Positions 31,155 to 40,330 of a stretch of 64,000 bases of DNA are shown piece after piece. Every line of letters starts with the position of its first letter. The first letter of the stretch is position 1. The DNA is from an uncultured Acidimicrobiaceae bacterium (GTDB taxonomy: Bacteria; Actinomycetota; Acidimicrobiia; Spongiisociales; UBA5794), in the NCBI GenBank assembly GCA_964387145.1, contig CAYLVM010000002.1, forward strand, positions 31,763 to 95,762. The letters are read 5' to 3'. Below the pieces are notes generated by a model. That model saw only the letters and a program-made list of their open reading frames with translations. It was not told the DNA's origin and did not search any database. The translations under genes were made by a program, and so were the position numbers.

Positions 31155-32420
31155 ATGAGACAAGGCAAGCGCTCGGTTCGTCTGCTCATGTTGCTCGTGG
31201 TGTTCGCCCTTGTGGCCGCCGCGTGTAGCAGTTCGAGCGAAGAGACGACGACCACAGCCGCCAGTGGCGATGAGGGAACGACGACCACAGCGGCGGCCAT
31301 GCCCGGCGAGGGGTTCAAGTTCGGGATGATCCTCGTGGGCCCTGAGAACGACCGTGGCTGGTCACAGGCTCACTACGAGGCAGGCAAGTACATCGAGGAG
31401 ATGACCGGTGCCGAGATGATCTCTCTCGACACCGTGAACCCCGCCGACCGTCCCGAGACGTCGGTGGAGCAGGTTGTCAGCGACATGATCGATCAGGGCG
31501 CGCAACTCATCTTCGCGACATCCGACGACATGAAGGACGGCATCGAAGCTGCTGCCGCTGAGCACCCCGACGTACCGATGATCTGGTCCTCCGGTGACAG
31601 TGCCTGGGAGCAAGGTGAGGCGTACCGCGCTGATCTCTCGAATCTTGGAAACATCATGGGCAGAATGACCATCGGCAAGGCGATCGCAGGCTGCGCCGCA
31701 GCGCTGACGTCCAGCACGGGCAACATCGCCTACCTCGGACCGCTGATCAACGATGAGACCCGTAGATTGGCCAGTTCTGTGTACCTCGGTGCCCAGGCCT
31801 GTTGGGAGCTTGCAGGGAACAACCCCGACAACCTCAACATGGAAGTCAACTGGATCGGCTTCTGGTTCAACATCCCAGGTGTGACGCTCGATCCGACCGA
31901 AGTCACGAACGCCTTCTTCGATGGCGGCGTCGACGTCGTCATCTCCGGTATCGACACGACCGAAGCACTCGTCGTGACAGGCCAGCGTGCAGCAGCAGGT
32001 GAGGACGTATGGGCGATCCCGTACGACTACGTCGGCGCGTGCTCGGAAGCACCGGAAGTCTGTCTCGGCGTCCCCTACTTCAACTGGGGACCCTCGTACC
32101 TCGACGTTGCAACGTCGGTCATGAACGGTACGTACGAACGCCAGTTCCAGTGGATCGGCCCGGACTGGACAGACATCAACAACCCGGACACATCGATGAT
32201 CGGCTGGGTGACCGGCGATGCACTGTCACCAGATGATGCTGCCACTCTCGATACGTTCATCGAGGGTCTCGGCGATGGCTCGATCGACCTGTTCGTCGGT
32301 CCCTTGAACTACCAGGACGGCACACCCTTCCTCGCCGACGGCGAGAAGGGATCGGACGTCCAGATCTGGTACATGAAGCAACTGCTCGAAGGCATGGAGG
32401 GCGCAAGCTCCTCCGGCTGA
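31155..32420 (+). CDS. BMP-family (PnrA/Med-like) ABC transporter substrate-binding lipoprotein
   Basis: Lipoprotein signal LLMLLVVFALVAAACSS; BMP-family sequence; followed by ABC ATPase and two permeases. Confidence 0.85.
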   Translation: MRQGKRSVRLLMLLVVFALVAAACSSSSEETTTTAASGDEGTTTTAAAMPGEGFKFGMILVGPENDRGWSQAHYEAGKYIEEMTGAEMISLDTVNPADRPETSVEQVVSDMIDQGAQLIFATSDDMKDGIEAAAAEHPDVPMIWSSGDSAWEQGEAYRADLSNLGNIMGRMTIGKAIAGCAAALTSSTGNIAYLGPLINDETRRLASSVYLGAQACWELAGNNPDNLNMEVNWIGFWFNIPGVTLDPTEVTNAFFDGGVDVVISGIDTTEALVVTGQRAAAGEDVWAIPYDYVGACSEAPEVCLGVPYFNWGPSYLDVATSVMNGTYERQFQWIGPDWTDINNPDTSMIGWVTGDALSPDDAATLDTFIEGLGDGSIDLFVGPLNYQDGTPFLADGEKGSDVQIWYMKQLLEGMEGASSSG

Positions 32421-32446
32421 GCGAGACCACACACGATGGAAGGGGG

Positions 32447-32480
32447 AGGTTCGTGAGAACCTCCCCCTTCCGCCATCTGA
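32447..32480 (+). terminator. Stem-loop after the BMP lipoprotein gene
   Basis: GGAAGGGGGAGGTTC-gtgag-AACCTCCCCCTTCC, perfect 15-bp stem, 27 bp after the stop. Confidence 0.6.
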
Positions 32481-32495
32481 GCCCCACCTGGTTCT

Positions 32496-32524
32496 AGATA
32501 CCAGATACCAAGTACCGAGTACCC
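32496..32524. repeat. CCRRGTA heptamer array (copy B)
   Basis: AGATACCAGATACCAAGTACCGAGTACCC. Confidence 0.5.
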
Positions 32525-32532
32525 TTCTCCCC

Positions 32533-33999
32533 ATGGCGCTCGAGATTCGGGACATCCACAAGTACTTCGGTCCTGTGCGTGCCAGTGATGGAGTCTCGTT
32601 CACCATCGAGTCGGGAACGCTTCACGGTGTTCTCGGTGAGAACGGTGCGGGCAAGTCCACGTTGATGAAGATCCTCTCGGGGTTCTACGAAGCGGACTCC
32701 GGTGAAGTCGTTCTCGATGGGGAGGTCCTGGATCTCCGTTCACCGGCAGACGCGATCAAGGTCGGCATCGGCATGCTGCATCAGGATCCACTTGTCTTCC
32801 TCCCGTTCTCCGTACTCGACAACTTCGTGTTGGGCGCACCCGGTGGACTCCGCCTCGACCGCTCCGAAGCACAGAGCGAACTCGCACGAGTGAGCACCGA
32901 CCTCGGTTTCCACTTCGACCCCACGGTCGCCGCCGGTGACCTGACGGTCGGAGAGCGCCAGCAGCTGGCTATCACGCGCCTCATGTGGCTCGGAGCCAAG
33001 GTGCTCATCTTCGATGAGCCGACCACCGGCATCTCAGCGACACAGCGTGCGCAGCTGTTCGCGACGCTCAAGCGTCTTGCACAGGACGGGCTGATCGTGC
33101 TGTTCGTTTCACACAAGCTCGAAGAGGTCGAAGAGTTGTGCGACTCGGTGACGGTCATCCGACAGGGAAAGGTCGTATACGAGGCAGATATGCCGGTGTC
33201 GTCCGAGACGCTTGTCGCCGAGATGTTCGGCAAGATCTTCGTTCAAGAGGACCACCCATCCATCGAGACGGGCGCCCCACTCCTGGTGTGCCGTGACCTC
33301 GTGCTCGATGAAGGAATGACCCACATCGAGACCCTCGACTTCGAGATCGCTTCGGGGGAGGTCGTCGGCCTCGCAGGCCTCGAGGGCAGTGGCCAGAGGA
33401 CCCTGTTGCGAGCCTGTGCAGGACTCATCGATCCGACCGAGGGGACGCTCACCGTCGACGGGGCCAACCTCACCGGGGCCTCATACCGGGACCACCTGCA
33501 AGCAGGCGTGCACTATCTCCCAGCGGGCCGTCTCGAGGAAGGCCTGGTCGAAGGTATCTCGATCGCCGAGCACCTCGTCCTCGTCTCGGATGACACGAGC
33601 TTCTTCATCGACTGGAAGAAAGCGGACGACGTGGCAGCAAGGGAGATCGGCGAGTACTCGATCAAGGGACGCCCTGATTCCAACGCCGAGACCCTCTCGG
33701 GTGGGAACCAGCAGCGGCTGCTCCTTGCAATGATCCCGGATGCAGTGCGATTGCTTCTTCTCGAGCATCCCACGCGTGGGCTCGATGTCGAGTCTGCCGC
33801 CTACGTGTGGACGCGGCTGCTCGAGCGCCGGGGCAGCGGCACGTCGATCATGTTCGCCTCAGCAGACCTCGACGAGTTGCTGCGTTACAGCGACCGGATC
33901 GTCGTGTTCTTCGGGGGTGACGTCTTTGCCACGCGAGACGCTGCCGAGACGGATGGTGAGGAACTCGGCTACCTCATCGGCGGAAAGGAGCGGGTGTGA
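32533..33999 (+). CDS. ABC transporter ATP-binding protein, duplicated ABC domains (nucleoside/sugar type)
   Basis: Two Walker A boxes (GENGAGKST; GLEGSGQRT) and two signature motifs (LTVGERQQLAI; LSGGNQQRLLLA). Confidence 0.9.
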   Translation: MALEIRDIHKYFGPVRASDGVSFTIESGTLHGVLGENGAGKSTLMKILSGFYEADSGEVVLDGEVLDLRSPADAIKVGIGMLHQDPLVFLPFSVLDNFVLGAPGGLRLDRSEAQSELARVSTDLGFHFDPTVAAGDLTVGERQQLAITRLMWLGAKVLIFDEPTTGISATQRAQLFATLKRLAQDGLIVLFVSHKLEEVEELCDSVTVIRQGKVVYEADMPVSSETLVAEMFGKIFVQEDHPSIETGAPLLVCRDLVLDEGMTHIETLDFEIASGEVVGLAGLEGSGQRTLLRACAGLIDPTEGTLTVDGANLTGASYRDHLQAGVHYLPAGRLEEGLVEGISIAEHLVLVSDDTSFFIDWKKADDVAAREIGEYSIKGRPDSNAETLSGGNQQRLLLAMIPDAVRLLLLEHPTRGLDVESAAYVWTRLLERRGSGTSIMFASADLDELLRYSDRIVVFFGGDVFATRDAAETDGEELGYLIGGKERV

Positions 34000-35045
34000 C
34001 CAGGCTCCGTCTCGCCGTCCCGACACTGGTTTCGCTTGCTGCAGCACTTACGTTTGGGATCCTGCTGCTCGTGGCTGTCGGTGCTCCGCCGTTCAAGGCA
34101 CTCAGCCTTCTCGTGGAGGGTTCGTTCGGATCCGCCTCGAAGATCTCCGCGACGCTCCTGGCGTGGTCACCACTACTCCTTGCATCCGCCGGACTCGTGA
34201 TCACGTTCGCAGCAGGACTCTGGAACATCGGCGTGGAGGGCCAGGTCATCATGGGGGCGATCGCTGCGAGCTGGGTTGCACGCGTTGTTCCCGGACCGGG
34301 GTGGGTCGTGGTGCCGGGAACGATCCTCGCCGGTGCGATCGGCGGTGCCGTGTGGGCACTCCTTGCAGGTTTCCTGAAGACGCACGGCGGTGTACACGAG
34401 ATCTTCGGAGGCCTCGGTCTGGACTTCGTCGCCGCGGGGATCGCAACCTATCTCGTCATTGGGCCGTGGAAGCGTGCGGGTGTCGCATCGACGAGCGGAA
34501 CCGACATCTTCCGGCAGGAAGCATGGATGCCCGAGTTCCAGGCGTTCGGTGTCGGTTGGCCCGTCATACCGGTGCTGTTGGGCCTTGCAAGCGTCGCGCT
34601 CGTCTGGGTGCTGCTGCGCGGCACACTGTTCGGACTCCGGCTCAAGTCGGTCGGGAGTAACTCGTACAGTTCGTTCCTCCTGGGGATCCCCACGAACCGG
34701 TACCTCCTCGGAGCGTTCGCCCTCGGTGGAGCGCTGGCAGGGATCGCAGGAACCGTGCAGGTCACGGCGTTCCACCACAAGCTGGTTCCGGCGATATCGG
34801 GTGGCTACGGGTTCCTTGCCATCCTCGTTGTCCTCCTCGCCGGGTTCTCTGCTGCACTCGTTGCACCGATCGCCCTGTTCTTCGTCGCAATCTCCGTCGG
34901 GAGCACACAACTCGATCTTCGCCTTGGCCTCGACTCGGCCTTCGGAGGAGTTCTCCAGGGAGTCATCGTGCTGTTCGTCATGTTCGGCGGTGCCTTTGCA
35001 GCACGGCGGGTGTCGTGGTCCCGATCGACCCAAGAGGAGCCCTGA
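33996..35045 (+). CDS. ABC transporter permease
   Basis: 349 aa polytopic membrane protein, overlaps the ATPase stop. Confidence 0.85.
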   Translation: MTRLRLAVPTLVSLAAALTFGILLLVAVGAPPFKALSLLVEGSFGSASKISATLLAWSPLLLASAGLVITFAAGLWNIGVEGQVIMGAIAASWVARVVPGPGWVVVPGTILAGAIGGAVWALLAGFLKTHGGVHEIFGGLGLDFVAAGIATYLVIGPWKRAGVASTSGTDIFRQEAWMPEFQAFGVGWPVIPVLLGLASVALVWVLLRGTLFGLRLKSVGSNSYSSFLLGIPTNRYLLGAFALGGALAGIAGTVQVTAFHHKLVPAISGGYGFLAILVVLLAGFSAALVAPIALFFVAISVGSTQLDLRLGLDSAFGGVLQGVIVLFVMFGGAFAARRVSWSRSTQEEP

Positions 35046-35047
35046 TC

Positions 35048-35989
35048 GTGGAAGCTACCTTCAACTCGATCATCGCGGCAGCTGCACCGCTCATCATCGC
35101 ATCGATGGGCGAGACCATCACTGAGAAGTCCGGTGTCATCAACCTCTCTCTCGAGGGCAGCATTCGCCTGTCCGCTATGACCGCGTTCGCCGTGGCGTTC
35201 TGGGTCGGGAACGCCCTTGCTGGGTTCGCCGTTGCGGCGATCGTCGGCGCGGTCATCGCCGCGATCATCGCGTACTCGAGCATCGGCCTGAAGCTCAACC
35301 AGATCGCGATCGGGTTCGTCCTCACGCTCCTCGCGATCGACCTTGCATCGTTCCTCGGCGACTCATTCGTCGGTGAACGCGGCCCACGGGTGCCACCACT
35401 GCCGATCCCGTTCCTCTCCGACATCCCGTTCTTCGGCAAGGTGCTCTTCGATCACAACCTGGTGGTGTACGCCAGCTACGTCGCGATCGGGGCAACGTGG
35501 TGGTTCTTCTACCGCACGAAGCCCGGCCTGACACTCCAGGGAATCGGCGAGCGGCCCGAGGCGGCGTTCGCCAGGGGGATCGCCGTCAACAAGCTGCGTT
35601 TCTGGTACACCGTGCTCGGCGGGGCGATGGTCGGCATCGCCGGAGCCGCATACTCACTCGACGTCAAGTTGGGTTGGAGGGAGACCTTGACGTTGAACCT
35701 CGGGTGGATCGCCCTTGCCATGGTGATCTTCGGAGGTTGGCATCCATTGCGTGTCGCGTTCGGGGCGTACCTGTTCGGAGCGTTACAGGTGCTGGCCTTC
35801 CAACTCCAGGACGTGTTCCCCGGGGTGTCCCAGGTGCTGCCGATCGCACCGTTCCCGTTGATGATCCTCGCACTCGTGTTCGTCTACTCGCCGTGGTTCC
35901 GACAACTCGGGAGCAAGTTCCCTCGAATGCGTAACCTCCTCGGAAGCGAAGCACCGGCAGCGATCGGCACCGTGTTCGAACGCGAGTGA
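35048..35989 (+). CDS. ABC transporter permease (second)
   Basis: Polytopic membrane protein; GTG 3 bp after the previous stop. Confidence 0.8.
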   Translation: MEATFNSIIAAAAPLIIASMGETITEKSGVINLSLEGSIRLSAMTAFAVAFWVGNALAGFAVAAIVGAVIAAIIAYSSIGLKLNQIAIGFVLTLLAIDLASFLGDSFVGERGPRVPPLPIPFLSDIPFFGKVLFDHNLVVYASYVAIGATWWFFYRTKPGLTLQGIGERPEAAFARGIAVNKLRFWYTVLGGAMVGIAGAAYSLDVKLGWRETLTLNLGWIALAMVIFGGWHPLRVAFGAYLFGALQVLAFQLQDVFPGVSQVLPIAPFPLMILALVFVYSPWFRQLGSKFPRMRNLLGSEAPAAIGTVFERE

Positions 35990-35992
35990 CGT

Positions 35993-37000
35993 TCAGGATG
36001 CGGCGGCGACATCGAGTTCTTCGAGGAAGCGATCCTTGTCCTCATCGGGGAGGAAGCTCGCTGTGATCGAGTTTCGTGCGAGTTGTACGAGATCGTCTCG
36101 GGTGAGGTCGAGTGCCCTGGCGATTGCGACGTAGTTGTCGAGTATGTATCCGCCGAAGTACGCGGGATCGTCCGAGTTGACCGTCACCATCACGCCACGT
36201 TCGAGCAGTCGCCCGAGGTTGTGGTCCTCCAGACGTGGGAATACCCGAAGCTTGATGTTGGACAGAGGACACATCGTGAGCGGCACGCCTTCGGTGGCAA
36301 GACGCTCGACGAGCGAGGGATCGTCCTCACAGTGGACGCCGTGGTCGATCCGTTGCACGCCGAGAACGTCGAGGGCTTTGGTGATGTACTCGGGGGGCCC
36401 CTCCTCCCCGGCGTGGGCAACGGTGTGGAGGCCTGCATCTTTGGCCATCGTGAACACTTCGGCGAACCGCTCAGGAGGGATCCCGACCTCGGAGGAGTCG
36501 AGGCCGACACCGAGGAGTTGGTCGGCGTACGGCTTTGCCTCATACCAGGTTGCTACGGCAGCCTCGGGCGGGAGGTGGCGCAGGAAGCACATGATCAACC
36601 CGGCCGAGATGCCCATGGACTGTCGTGCATCTGAGATCGCCCGGGTGAACCCGTCGAGGAACACCGGGAACTCGATCCCACGTTCGGTGTGTGTCTGGGG
36701 GTCGAAGAAGATCTCTGCTCGGACCACGCCGTCTTCGTGCGCTCGTAGAAGGTACGCCATCATCAGGTCGTAGAAGTCCTGCTCGGTGACGAGGACGGCG
36801 GCCCCCTGGTAGTAGATGTCGAGGAACGACTGGAGATCGGAGAACTCGTAGGCGGCGCGAACATCTTCTGCGGATGCGAAAGGAAGTTCGATGCCGTTGC
36901 GTGCGGCGAGGTCGAACATCATCTCGGGTTCGAGAGTGCCCTCGATGTGGACGTGGAGCTCGGCCTTGGGAAGTCGACGGATGAAGGTTTCGTTTTCCAT
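35993..37000 (-). CDS. add: Adenosine deaminase
   Basis: Start MENETFIRRLPKAELHVHIEG; metal-dependent hydrolase motifs (HAGE, SDDP). Confidence 0.85.
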   Translation of the reverse strand: MENETFIRRLPKAELHVHIEGTLEPEMMFDLAARNGIELPFASAEDVRAAYEFSDLQSFLDIYYQGAAVLVTEQDFYDLMMAYLLRAHEDGVVRAEIFFDPQTHTERGIEFPVFLDGFTRAISDARQSMGISAGLIMCFLRHLPPEAAVATWYEAKPYADQLLGVGLDSSEVGIPPERFAEVFTMAKDAGLHTVAHAGEEGPPEYITKALDVLGVQRIDHGVHCEDDPSLVERLATEGVPLTMCPLSNIKLRVFPRLEDHNLGRLLERGVMVTVNSDDPAYFGGYILDNYVAIARALDLTRDDLVQLARNSITASFLPDEDKDRFLEELDVAAAS

Positions 37001-37185
37001 TCGACCATTCAACCCCAATCCGGGGAGACCTGCGAGTCGATTCCCGTCCGAATCGGAGACGAACCGGAGCCTCGAGACACCGACTCAGAGCGCATATAGC
37101 CCAAAGTGGACCGGTCATGGCCCACATTGGGTCACAGGGAGGGGGTGTGTGGGGTCGATGCGGCGATCGACTCCGGGCGAACCAA

Positions 37186-37206
37186 AGGCCGCCGATTCGG
37201 CGGCCT
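37186..37206. other. Perfect 21-nt hairpin AGGCCGCCGATTCGGCGGCCT in the add-pyrE divergent intergenic region
   Basis: Seen in sequence; no U-tract follows; lies upstream of both flanking genes. Confidence 0.5.
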
Positions 37207-37292
37207 CAGGTTCGGGCTTAGACGGGAGGTTAGGAAGGCATCCTGTCTGATTACGGTATCGTCACCAGTCAGAGAGAACTTGAGAGGTTTCC

Positions 37293-37853
37293 TTGGATTT
37301 TCCCCAGGACCCAAAAAGGGCACTCGTCGAGCACCTGACCACGCACGCGGTCCGGACCGACGGGCCGTTCGTCCTCCGATCCGGAGAGACGTCGAGTTGG
37401 TACATCGATGCCCGTCAGACGACGTTCTCCGGTGAGGGCGCTCTCAGGGTGGGTGCTGCGGTGCTCCCCCTCATCCCCGAAGACGTCGATGCTGTTGGTG
37501 GGATGACGATGGGGGCAGACCCCATCGCCGTTGCCACAGCGATGGTCGCTGCCGAGGCAGGGAGACAGCTCTCCGCGTTCTCCATCCGCAAGCAAGCCAA
37601 GGACCACGGAACGGGTGGTCGGATCGTCGGTCCGATAGGTGCAGGTTCACGTGTTGTCGTCCTCGAGGACACGACCACGACCGGTGGGGCGTTGAGTGAC
37701 GCGATCGACGCTCTGCGCGAAGAGGACGTCGAGATCGTGCTCGCTGTGTCGCTCATAGATAGATCGGCTGGAGCGACTGCTCGACGTATGAGCGAGCTCG
37801 GCATCGAGTACCTGGCACTCATCACTCCGACCGATCTCGGGGTGATGGCCTGA
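37293..37853 (+). CDS. pyrE: Orotate phosphoribosyltransferase
   Basis: 186 aa; PRPP-binding VVVLEDTTTTGGA. Confidence 0.75.
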   Translation: MDFPQDPKRALVEHLTTHAVRTDGPFVLRSGETSSWYIDARQTTFSGEGALRVGAAVLPLIPEDVDAVGGMTMGADPIAVATAMVAAEAGRQLSAFSIRKQAKDHGTGGRIVGPIGAGSRVVVLEDTTTTGGALSDAIDALREEDVEIVLAVSLIDRSAGATARRMSELGIEYLALITPTDLGVMA

Positions 37854-38497
37854 TGCGGGTGTACCGATCCCCACTTCGCCTGTTCATGTTCGGTGTGCTC
37901 GGCCTGTTACTGATGATCGCCGCAGTCGACGTGATGTTCGCACACAGTGTTTCGACGGAGCCGGACAACAACGATGGCGTTCTCACGACGAGAGGCCAGG
38001 CGCAACAGCGTGGCGACTTCGTCTGGGGAGCGGCCATGATCGCGGCGGGGACACTGATGTTCGGCATCGGTGTCACCGAGTTGGTTCGGCGTACACCGCT
38101 CCTGGAAGTGGGTGAGGATGGCATCTCGGCAGCGATCGGCACCACGACACGCGACGTGATGATCCCATGGAGCCAGATCGAGTCCATTTCGAGCGCCGTA
38201 GTGAGGGACCCCTTCGACGGTGGTAGGAGGGAGCGGCTCTTCCTGGAGCTCAACGAACCGGGCGAAGTGCCAAGGGAAGTCGTTGGAGCGATCTGGGAGG
38301 GGAGGACGTTGAGCATCGATGCACACGACTGGACGAAGCCCGTGACCGAGGTGATGCTCGCATCTCAGGGTGCTCTCGACTACAACCGGCGCGTCGAGGC
38401 GATCAGCCAGATGGAGCCACCGTCGCTCACGTGGGAGGTCAAGGTCCCTCTTGGGGACGCAGGCCTGGAGTCGACGACCGAAGAGGAGCCGGAGTGA
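37853..38497 (+). CDS. Hypothetical membrane protein
   Basis: 214 aa; two N-terminal TM segments, acidic C-terminus. Confidence 0.4.
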   Translation: MRVYRSPLRLFMFGVLGLLLMIAAVDVMFAHSVSTEPDNNDGVLTTRGQAQQRGDFVWGAAMIAAGTLMFGIGVTELVRRTPLLEVGEDGISAAIGTTTRDVMIPWSQIESISSAVVRDPFDGGRRERLFLELNEPGEVPREVVGAIWEGRTLSIDAHDWTKPVTEVMLASQGALDYNRRVEAISQMEPPSLTWEVKVPLGDAGLESTTEEEPE

Positions 38498-39252
38498 TCC
38501 TCGGTGCCCATGTGAGCTCGAAGGCTCCACTTGCCGAAGCGGCCGTGCGTGGAGCCGCCGCCGTCCAGATCTTCATGTCGAGTCCCCAGCAGTGGAAGGC
38601 ACCGATACCGAGAGACGACGCCAACGACCTCATGGCGTCGCCCATCGAGTTCTATGTCCACGCGCCGTACCTGGTGAATCTTGCATCGCCGAACAACAAG
38701 GTGCGGATCCCGTCACGCAAGATCCTCGCCCAGACGGTTGCTGCAGCCGAGTCGATCGGTGCCAAAGGAGTGATCGTCCACGGCGGCAGCGTGGGGGGCG
38801 ACGAGGATGTGTCCGTTGGCTTCGAGCGCTGGCGCAAGGCCCTCGACTCGTTCGACGTCACCGTGCCGGTACTTGTGGAGAACACAGCCGGCAAGGGCAA
38901 CACCGTCATGCAGAATCTGGGCAACTACGGCCCACTGTGGGAGGCGATCGGTGGTTACAACGTCGGGGTGTGCCTTGATACGTGCCACACCTGGGCAGCC
39001 GGTGCCGACATGGAGACCGCCGTCGATCTCGTCGCCGGCTTCACCGGGGGGATCGCACTTATCCATGCCAACGACTCGAGGGATGAGGCTGGCTCACATC
39101 GCGATCGTCACGCAAACTTCGGTGAGGGCCTGATCCCTGCCGACCTCCTCCTCGGCATGATCCGTGCCGCCGACGCTCCCATCATCGTGGAAACCCCCGG
39201 CGACGCCGCGGGTCAAACCCCCGACATCACCTACCTCCGCACCCACCTCTAG
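38494..39252 (+). CDS. nfo: Endonuclease IV (AP endonuclease family 2)
   Basis: TIM-barrel xylose isomerase-like sequence (AHAPYLVNLASPN, VIVHGGS, ENTAGKG, LDTCH). Confidence 0.8.
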   Translation: MILGAHVSSKAPLAEAAVRGAAAVQIFMSSPQQWKAPIPRDDANDLMASPIEFYVHAPYLVNLASPNNKVRIPSRKILAQTVAAAESIGAKGVIVHGGSVGGDEDVSVGFERWRKALDSFDVTVPVLVENTAGKGNTVMQNLGNYGPLWEAIGGYNVGVCLDTCHTWAAGADMETAVDLVAGFTGGIALIHANDSRDEAGSHRDRHANFGEGLIPADLLLGMIRAADAPIIVETPGDAAGQTPDITYLRTHL

Positions 39253-39254
39253 GT

Positions 39255-39300
39255 GTCTGGCGCTAGAACAGCTCGTATACGAGCCATATCAGCGCCAGAG
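39255..39300. repeat. REP-like palindromic element, copy 1
   Basis: GTCTGGCGCTAGAACAGCTCGTATACGAGCCATATCAGCGCCAGAG. Confidence 0.8.
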
Positions 39301-39302
39301 TC

Positions 39303-39842
39303 CTAGTACCACCAGTTGTGGAAGGGGACGGGTGGGCCGACGGGGGTCGCCCGCGACGATGGGCGTGCGGGGAACCATGCGAGTTCGCGTCCCGTGCCGT
39401 CCGCCGTTGCCGCCGACAGGGCATGAACGCCTCGCAGACCGAGGCCGTGCACGAAGGCACCGATGGGCTGGCAGGTCTCATGGGGGACACGATCGCCTGC
39501 ATCGTCGAGCGGGTAGGACACGGGTAGGCCGAGCGCTTCGAGTCCATCCCCCGTCAACGCGTCGGCGACCCTCTGGCGCGACGGCAGTGTCACGGAGATC
39601 AACACGAGAGGTGCGTCGAGGTCTTCGGGGCGTACCGGCGAGCCCTCGAGCATGCGGTAGATCTGAGAACGGGCCGTGTCGAGATCCTCGTTGAGGTAGA
39701 GCGTGGGAAACGACGCCGGCGGGTTCCACCGCCCACCGTGGTGCTGGGCGTACGAGGGGTCGAGGGGATCGTCCCAGTTGGTGTCCGCGACACGAAGCCA
39801 TGTCTGGCCGTCACGGAGGCCTTCCGCTATCGGATCGATCAT
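39303..39842 (-). CDS. RES domain toxin (MbcT/Res-like NAD+-targeting toxin)
   Basis: 179 aa; RES-domain-like motifs GGRWNPPASFPTLYLNEDLDTA...E. Confidence 0.75.
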   Translation of the reverse strand: MIDPIAEGLRDGQTWLRVADTNWDDPLDPSYAQHHGGRWNPPASFPTLYLNEDLDTARSQIYRMLEGSPVRPEDLDAPLVLISVTLPSRQRVADALTGDGLEALGLPVSYPLDDAGDRVPHETCQPIGAFVHGLGLRGVHALSAATADGTGRELAWFPARPSSRATPVGPPVPFHNWWY

Positions 39843-40276
39843 GGCTGAATTCGGCGCAGATCGAACATCGAAGCTACGGCGTCTGCGACGGCCGCGGTGT
39901 TGCCTTGTGCCGCCACATCGAGGAGTGACCTATCCCCGAGCATCGGAGCATCCCTGCGGACGACGGCGGGGATACGGTCTCTCTTGACGTACCGATCGAG
40001 GAGGTCTGTCGCTGCGGAGAGGTCTGCGATCGCCGATGCCCGTGCCGAAGGCGGTCCCGACCGAAGCCACTTCGAGAACGCCTGGCGTGAAACTCCGAAG
40101 ATCTTGGCTGCGGCTGCGTTCGACAGACCCCACAGTTCAATGAACCGCTCGAGCGGATCGGTACGCACTGCCCGGTCGAGTTCGTCGACGAACCTGCGCG
40201 TCCACTCTGCATCGGCCCGGTCTGCCACGACGGCTGCTGCCGCCTCGGGTTCCATATCCATCCATACGAGTGCCAT
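39839..40276 (-). CDS. Xre/MbcA-like antitoxin (DUF2384) of the RES-Xre TA system
   Basis: 145 aa; 4-bp overlap with the downstream RES gene; HTH-like AAKIFGVSRQAFSKW. Confidence 0.7.
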   Translation of the reverse strand: MALVWMDMEPEAAAAVVADRADAEWTRRFVDELDRAVRTDPLERFIELWGLSNAAAAKIFGVSRQAFSKWLRSGPPSARASAIADLSAATDLLDRYVKRDRIPAVVRRDAPMLGDRSLLDVAAQGNTAAVADAVASMFDLRRIQP

Positions 40277-40330
40277 ACGTCAACCATATGACAACCGCAA
40301 CTATTCGTCAACCCTCAGCACCTCCGACGA

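Noticed and set aside
30090-32420. 776-aa plus-strand ORF
   Set aside because: A long upstream extension in the BMP lipoprotein frame, running antisense through the histidine phosphatase gene with no recognisable domain there; the true start at 31155 gives a canonical lipoprotein signal peptide.
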